From NCBI GenBank assembly GCA_965216875.1, contig OZ244207.1, positions 6,176,001 to 6,240,000 on the forward strand: 64,000 bases of DNA, written 5' to 3'. Every line of letters begins with the position of its first letter. Position 1 is the first letter of the stretch. This DNA comes from Rubripirellula sp. (GTDB taxonomy: Bacteria; Planctomycetota; Planctomycetia; Pirellulales; Pirellulaceae). Positions 58,316 to 64,000 of the stretch are shown here, in pieces. A program made the position numbers and the translations under genes. A model generated the notes under the pieces. That model did not search any database. It saw only the letters and a list, made by a program, of their open reading frames with translations, and was not told the origin of the DNA.

Positions 58316-61300
58316 TTACAGGGATTCCGCGTCTGTCAAATCGAACGTCTCGTCTCCGTCTCCTTCTGTCTCGTCCAACGCGGCCCACACACGACGCTTG
58401 GTTTCTTCTTCGATTGCGGCGTCGAGCCATCGCCCTTCGCGATCACTCTTGATCGTGTGGGTTGATGACAGCGTGAATTCCGAGACCAACCCCGTATCGA
58501 GGTCGTAATAGCGTCGTGGCGCCGCTGGCATTTGGTAGTCACGCGTCGGCAACCAGTTGGGCGCCACGTAATCGATCGGCGCCCCGGTGTGCTTGCTGAC
58601 CAAGATCGATTCACCGATTTGGTCGGTAATGCTCGACTTTCGAAACGTGTGGACGCCTTCCTCTGTGCTCATCGACAACTCCGCACCTTCACCCCGAAAT
58701 GTCATCATCAACGCCAACGTATTCTCCGGGATCAGGGGAAGCGTGGTCGGGTGCGTCATGAGGTACGCCGCCAAACTTGGCTTGGTATCGGAGGTTTTGT
58801 TCTCTTCCTTCAAGACTTCCAAGTTGTCTCTTTGCGTTGCGATTCGAAACGAAGCGTCTTCGGTCCATCCGTCACAATAGACTTTGGGATCCGCCTTGGA
58901 CTCTTTTTCGCGGCGAAGCAGCGCATGGACCTGCAGTTTCCACTCGCGCCGAGAGGCAACGTACGTGTAACCAGTCAGGAGGCGTTGAGCGACGTGAAAG
59001 TTCGGGCCTGACAGCACCAACGAGATCTGCTGGCGGCCCATCGGCTTTTCGCTATTGAGTTCGCATAGCAACCGCCACATTCGCTCTTGTAGGTCTTCGG
59101 TACGCTTTTTGGTCTCTTCAAGATCAATCTCCTCGTCAAGGTAATACTTCACCATGAAGTCGGATTCGATCGCGTTGATGCGCTCGGTGAGCCGTGCGAT
59201 GTCGCGCAGTCGGTTGCGTTTTTGTTCCAACTGCACAGCCAACGGGCCATGCGCAACTTTGTCGCGACGCTTTTCGTCGCGGACTTTGCGGCGCATCCGC
59301 TTGATCTTGCGCGAAATCAGAGTGCATTCGTTGCGGAGTTTGCGAACCGCGCTGCAGCGAGCAAGCGACTGACTGCGACGACGCAGCGTCAGCACATCGG
59401 TCAACATCGACCAAACGTTTTCGGATGCGCAATTGTCGTTGTGCCCCCGAATTGACTCGATCGAGACATTCACCTGTTCGTTTTGTTCGCTCGATTCCGA
59501 TAGTTGGACACTTGCTTCCAGCCTGTCAGAGCGCTTGTTGCAAATCGCTTCCGCTAACGGGACAAGGACCGTCTTTTCAATTTCGCGCGCAAGCGGACGA
59601 GCACCATACTTGGCTTGATAGCCATCGCTCGACAGTTGGCGGACGGCGTCCTCGCTGACGCTCAATCCACGACCTCGTTCCTTCCAACCGCTTCGACGTT
59701 GCAACTCGTCCAGACGCAATTTCGCGATCTGTTGAACGATCGCTGGCGACAACGGGTCGTACGTCAGAATTCGGTCAATGCGATTGAACATTTCGGGGCG
59801 CAAGAATTCACGCACCTTCTTTTCGAAGTGTCCGCGGTAGCGCTGCACCGATTGTGTGTCGGCGAGTCCAAGTGGGACTTCACGATACGACTCGACGCCC
59901 AGGTTGCTTGTCATGAGGACAATTGAATTGCGAAAGTCGGCGACGCGTCCATGACCATCGGTCAATCGGCCTTCACCGAGCACCTGAAGCAATAAGTCAA
60001 AGACCGAGGGATGCGCCTTTTCGAATTCATCCAAGAGCACCAGCGAAAAAGGTTGCGCGCGTACCGCCGAGGTCAAGATACCCTCAGGGTGCATCGCATC
60101 ACCAATCAATCGGCCGACGGCAGCCGGCGTCGACATTTCCGACATGTCAATCCGCACCAGCCGCGACACATCGCTGTAAATCAGCCGTGCCAGCGCCTTG
60201 GCGGTTTCGGTCTTGCCAACGCCTGTTGGTCCGATCAACAACAAGGAAGCCAGGGGACGATCGCCACGCGACAGGTCGGCCGCGAGCGTTGCAATCATGT
60301 CCACCAAGGTCTTGATGACCGATGGTTGGCCCAAAACCTGTGAGGCGAGTTTCTCTTCGATCTCATTTAGGTCGGGTCGCACACTGTCATCGATCAAGAA
60401 GGGAGGCAACCCGGTTTGGCGCCCGAATGACTCGATCACCCGCGCGACATCCAACGTGTCGCCGGGCTTAAGTTCGCTCATCGTTGCGTGAAAGAACGAG
60501 AGTGGACGGCCTGGCGAGGCGGCGTCCGTTCGAAAGCGTCGATGAAGTCGGTCGAGTACCTGCAGCGCGGACGGTTCGACTTCGGGAAGTCTTGAGTCTT
60601 GCACACGTGGCTTGACTCGCTTTCGTTTCTTTCGTTTCTTTGCAATTTCGGCCGTGATGTTCACTGGTCGCCACGCCGCCGCGGAATCGAGCAAGATCGA
60701 GCGCGTTTGATCGGGCGCCGGCTCTTCGATGCGCATCGTCGTCAATGCGGCGAGCAACCGTGGCTCGACGCGTTGCATTCTTGACAACTGTTCCGGCGTG
60801 CATTCGATCACCGCGCGCAGCGATCCACTCGCGAGTCGGGGTGCCAACAAGGAACCGCATCCACCGCTACCACGAAGCCTCCCCGACTCACTGAGTTCAA
60901 CCAGGTTCCCAAGGTGAACCACGGACGGAAAACGCGACGCCTCTTCGGCCATTTTTAAACATTGCTGCTGCCACATCCCGAATCCACTTTGGCCCGAAAT
61001 GAGCCTCGATCCGTCGGTCGCCCAGCATTGGATCGCTTGCATGCCAAATTCATCACGCTGGCGCACCCATTGGTGAAACACGGCCGTCTTGCCAACGCCC
61101 GAAGGTCCGACCAGCAAGACACTGCGCGCTCGGCTGCTCGAAAGAAGCGAAGCCAATTGCTGGACTTCGTCGTCGCGGTGGTAGGCAGGTCGCAAAGTGT
61201 CGCGGCGCAACCGAGTCGCAACCGTGCCGAGCGTTGGCGTCTTGCTTTTCGGTTTTTCGTTGGCTTTTCGCTTTTTCTCGCTGGGCGTCAGCAGGTCGAC

Positions 61301-61798
61301 CTTGAAACGGTGCTGCTCAAGCGAAGCAGTCTGGCTTTTTCCGAGCGCGGCCAATCCCATGAGCTCCCAAGAGCCTTGTCGGCGCAGCGCCGATCGAATC
61401 TGTTCCTGGACCAGACTTTCCACGTCCGTCTTTGGCGTCGAGACGATGGTCAGTGCGAGGGACGGAACGTAAGTCACGATCAAACTGGCGTCTTGTTCCC
61501 AAACGAAGGTGTCGAAGTCGACATCAATCGGTTCGCGCCAAGCATCCGATCGCTTGGGCGGCGCGATCTCGACGGTCACCCTTTCTTGGCGCGCAGGACC
61601 GCGGACAAGTAATTCGACCAGCTCGCCACCGTCACTGCCTTTGCAGGTATCGATGACATACCGACGAACCAAACGGTGCGCGTTGTCTGGATTTCCGGCG
61701 GCGATCGCAATCTCAGGAAAACCAATCGGACGAACGAGAGTGAGTTCACCATGAGGAACGATGACCAAAGGCAAATCGATGTTGATCGACTGGGGCAT
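58316..61798 (-). CDS. Divergent ClpA/ClpB-type double AAA+ ATPase (copy 1) with release-factor-like C-terminal domain
   Basis: D1 GPSGVGKT; D2 GPTGVGKTE, RIDMSE, VLLDEFEKAHP, LRPEMFNRID, YGARPL; coiled coil then PCRF-like motifs. Confidence 0.88.
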   Translation of the reverse strand: MPQSINIDLPLVIVPHGELTLVRPIGFPEIAIAAGNPDNAHRLVRRYVIDTCKGSDGGELVELLVRGPARQERVTVEIAPPKRSDAWREPIDVDFDTFVWEQDASLIVTYVPSLALTIVSTPKTDVESLVQEQIRSALRRQGSWELMGLAALGKSQTASLEQHRFKVDLLTPSEKKRKANEKPKSKTPTLGTVATRLRRDTLRPAYHRDDEVQQLASLLSSSRARSVLLVGPSGVGKTAVFHQWVRQRDEFGMQAIQCWATDGSRLISGQSGFGMWQQQCLKMAEEASRFPSVVHLGNLVELSESGRLRGSGGCGSLLAPRLASGSLRAVIECTPEQLSRMQRVEPRLLAALTTMRIEEPAPDQTRSILLDSAAAWRPVNITAEIAKKRKKRKRVKPRVQDSRLPEVEPSALQVLDRLHRRFRTDAASPGRPLSFFHATMSELKPGDTLDVARVIESFGRQTGLPPFLIDDSVRPDLNEIEEKLASQVLGQPSVIKTLVDMIATLAADLSRGDRPLASLLLIGPTGVGKTETAKALARLIYSDVSRLVRIDMSEMSTPAAVGRLIGDAMHPEGILTSAVRAQPFSLVLLDEFEKAHPSVFDLLLQVLGEGRLTDGHGRVADFRNSIVLMTSNLGVESYREVPLGLADTQSVQRYRGHFEKKVREFLRPEMFNRIDRILTYDPLSPAIVQQIAKLRLDELQRRSGWKERGRGLSVSEDAVRQLSSDGYQAKYGARPLAREIEKTVLVPLAEAICNKRSDRLEASVQLSESSEQNEQVNVSIESIRGHNDNCASENVWSMLTDVLTLRRRSQSLARCSAVRKLRNECTLISRKIKRMRRKVRDEKRRDKVAHGPLAVQLEQKRNRLRDIARLTERINAIESDFMVKYYLDEEIDLEETKKRTEDLQERMWRLLCELNSEKPMGRQQISLVLSGPNFHVAQRLLTGYTYVASRREWKLQVHALLRREKESKADPKVYCDGWTEDASFRIATQRDNLEVLKEENKTSDTKPSLAAYLMTHPTTLPLIPENTLALMMTFRGEGAELSMSTEEGVHTFRKSSITDQIGESILVSKHTGAPIDYVAPNWLPTRDYQMPAAPRRYYDLDTGLVSEFTLSSTHTIKSDREGRWLDAAIEEETKRRVWAALDETEGDGDETFDLTDAESL

Positions 61799-61978
61799 AT
61801 CGTTGTTGGGAAAAGTGATTGGGTGTCGGCTGGCGCAGCAGCGAACAAGGTTCGCTGTACCTCTGGGTCACCGAAATCGATCGGATCGGCGCGCAGTGGC
61901 AGCACCGATCTAAAACGAGTGTCACATTACAATCGACACATTCAAAACAGCGAGGTTCGTGCCCGTCGCCAGATCCAC

Positions 61979-64000
61979 TCAATCGCGCAAGTTATCGATC
62001 AAGAACGCCCAAAGATCGGCGTACTCATCAATGCTCTTGCTGACCGGCGTTCCCGCACCATGGCCGGCTCGTGTTTCGATGCGAATCAACGTTGGATTAT
62101 TGCATGATTGCGCGGCCTGTAGGGCAGCGGCAAACTTGAAACTGTGGCCAGGCACGACACGGTCGTCACGGTCTGCGGTCGTCACCAGTGTGGCCGGATA
62201 GCAAGTACCCGGTTTCAGATTGTGGAGCGGTGAATAGGACAACAAGTTGTCAATCTGATCCTCTTCGTCGCTACTGCCGTACTCGGTCACCCACGCCCAC
62301 CCGATGGTGAATTTGTGATAGCGAAGCATGTCCATCACGCCGACCGCAGGCAAACTCGCCCCAAACAACTCAGGTCGCTGTGTGATCGCCGCGCCGATCA
62401 GCAAGCCGCCATTGCTGCGGCCCGAGATGGCGAGTTTCTTGGGCTTGGTGTAACCCTCGGCGATCAGGTGTTCGGCAGCCGCAAAAAAGTCATCAAAGAC
62501 ATTTTGCTTCTTCAATCGCATTCCATCCTCGTGCCACTGACGACCGTACTCGCCGCCCCCACGCAGGTTCGCAACGGCATAGATGCCTCCACTTTCGATC
62601 CAACCAGCTTTGGCTGGCGAAAACGAGGGCGTGATTGAGATATTGAACCCACCGTACGCGTAAAGCAACGTGCGATTGTTCCCGTCAAGCTTCGAGTCTT
62701 TGTGACGCGTCACGATGATAGGAACCTTCGTTCCATCTTTGCTCTCGCAGAACAATTGTTCTGTCACATAATCGGAAACTTCAAAGTCGACTTTCGGTTG
62801 CCGCCAGAGATCCGCTTGATTGTTGCCAAGATCAAGTCGATAAATCGAACTCGGTGTGACATAGTTTGTGAAGCTAAAGAACGTTTCCTCGGCATCTTGT
62901 CGGCCACCAAAACCGCTGACACTGCCGACCCCGGGAAGCTCGAGTTCATCGATCAGGTTTCCGCCGAGTCCGTGCCGCGTCACCTTTCCTCGCGCATCTT
63001 TCAACGACCGACAGTAGAAGGTGTCGCCGAAAAGACTGACCGATTCGACAACATCATCCGATTCGGCAATCACACTTTTCCAGGCGTCACGGTCGGAGTT
63101 GCCAACTTCAACGGCGATCAGGCGACGCTTGGGCGCTTCGTTGTCGGTAAGGAAATAGAGCGTGTCGTCTCGAGAAGCGATCCATTCATAGTCCGCATCA
63201 AAGCCGGTGATAATCGGTTCGACTTCAGAATTAGGATCTCGCAAATCTTTGACGAAGATCTGCGACTTCGGTTCACTTCCCTTCCAGTTGTAAATCACCA
63301 AGTAACGACCGTCGTCAGTCACCGCTGGCGAGAACCCCCACTTGGGATGATCAGGACGTTGTAGAACCAGTGTGTCGTCGCTTTGGTCGTCACCGATTTT
63401 GTGGAAGTAGAGTTTTTGGTTTTCGTTGGTTCCGGTAAGCAACTCCCCTTCGGCAGGTGCTTCGTACCGTCCGTAAAAGAACCCACTGCCATCGGGCATC
63501 CAAGCAATTCCGCTGAATTTGACCCACTTGATTTCGTCTTCCAGGTCTTTGCCAGTGGCAACGTCACGAACTTTCCATGTTCGCCAATCGCTGCCGCCAT
63601 CAGCTAATCCGTACGCCAACAGTTTCCCGTCGTCACTTGGCGTCGCGCCCGCCAATGCGATCGTGCCATCCTTACTTAACGTGTTTGGGTCGATCAACAC
63701 TTCGCGTTCGGCATCAAGCGACGATGCCTTGTAAAAAACGCTTTGGTTTTGCAACCCGTCGTTGTGCGAATAGAAGTAGGTGTCGCCGCGACGACGCGGC
63801 AATCCGAATCGCTCGTAGTTCCAAAGTTGTTCCAAACGTTTGTGCATTGACTCGCGTTCAGGAATCGAATGCAAGTACTTGTCCGTGACTTCGTTCTGTG
63901 CCTTGACCCACGCAGCCGTTTCATCGCTTTCGGTGTCTTCCAGCCAACGGTAGGGATCTTTGACGACGCGCCCGTGATAGTCATCCTTTACGTCAACGGT
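61979..64000 (-). CDS. Prolyl oligopeptidase (peptidase S9A), 5'-partial
   Basis: DPYRWLED, YGGF, NLRGGGEYG, GRSNGG (Ser), DDRV (Asp), AGHG (His); frame open to window edge. Confidence 0.96.
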   Translation of the reverse strand, partial: TVDVKDDYHGRVVKDPYRWLEDTESDETAAWVKAQNEVTDKYLHSIPERESMHKRLEQLWNYERFGLPRRRGDTYFYSHNDGLQNQSVFYKASSLDAEREVLIDPNTLSKDGTIALAGATPSDDGKLLAYGLADGGSDWRTWKVRDVATGKDLEDEIKWVKFSGIAWMPDGSGFFYGRYEAPAEGELLTGTNENQKLYFHKIGDDQSDDTLVLQRPDHPKWGFSPAVTDDGRYLVIYNWKGSEPKSQIFVKDLRDPNSEVEPIITGFDADYEWIASRDDTLYFLTDNEAPKRRLIAVEVGNSDRDAWKSVIAESDDVVESVSLFGDTFYCRSLKDARGKVTRHGLGGNLIDELELPGVGSVSGFGGRQDAEETFFSFTNYVTPSSIYRLDLGNNQADLWRQPKVDFEVSDYVTEQLFCESKDGTKVPIIVTRHKDSKLDGNNRTLLYAYGGFNISITPSFSPAKAGWIESGGIYAVANLRGGGEYGRQWHEDGMRLKKQNVFDDFFAAAEHLIAEGYTKPKKLAISGRSNGGLLIGAAITQRPELFGASLPAVGVMDMLRYHKFTIGWAWVTEYGSSDEEDQIDNLLSYSPLHNLKPGTCYPATLVTTADRDDRVVPGHSFKFAAALQAAQSCNNPTLIRIETRAGHGAGTPVSKSIDEYADLWAFLIDNLRD

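Noticed and set aside
52718..61798. Calling the ATPases clpB, clpA, clpC or T6SS clpV
   Set aside because: No Clp N-domain, no M-domain, no GYVG loop and no T6SS genes; gene symbols withheld

Overview
Chromosomal window from a planctomycete, most likely Pirellulaceae (Rhodopirellula/Stieleria/Rubripirellula-like). This is inferred from DUF1559, TIGR02996, SHD1, Flp-type pilin, sulfatase, ECF/Ser-Thr kinase and REP/RAYT content. Ordinary content: an RND efflux pair, TetR and GNAT, tRNA-Leu(TAA), a sulfatase, hisI-hisG, a sugar catabolic cluster interrupted by a REP-flanked RAYT, two DUF3299 genes, Mrp/ApbC, a site-2 protease and a prolyl oligopeptidase. The strongest candidate for an undescribed system is at 51469-61798: three tandem, highly divergent ClpA/ClpB-type double-AAA+ ATPases followed by a TIGR02996-LRR gene. 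None has a Clp N-domain (tandem HicB-like modules instead) or the D2 GYVG pore loop. The two larger ones end in a domain that aligns by eye with the decoding superdomain (domains 2/4) of class I peptide release factors, with the GGQ domain missing. Other notable items: two DUF2946/RGPP putative arrest-peptide leaders in front of a degenerate prepilin peptidase and an Flp pilin; a three-gene cassette bracketed by ~144-bp direct repeats next to a dense GGGGACAG repeat cluster; a Tat-exported SELENBP1-like protein; and a ~61% Lys/Arg histone-H1-like protein. All family calls come from motif recognition by eye; no searches were run.
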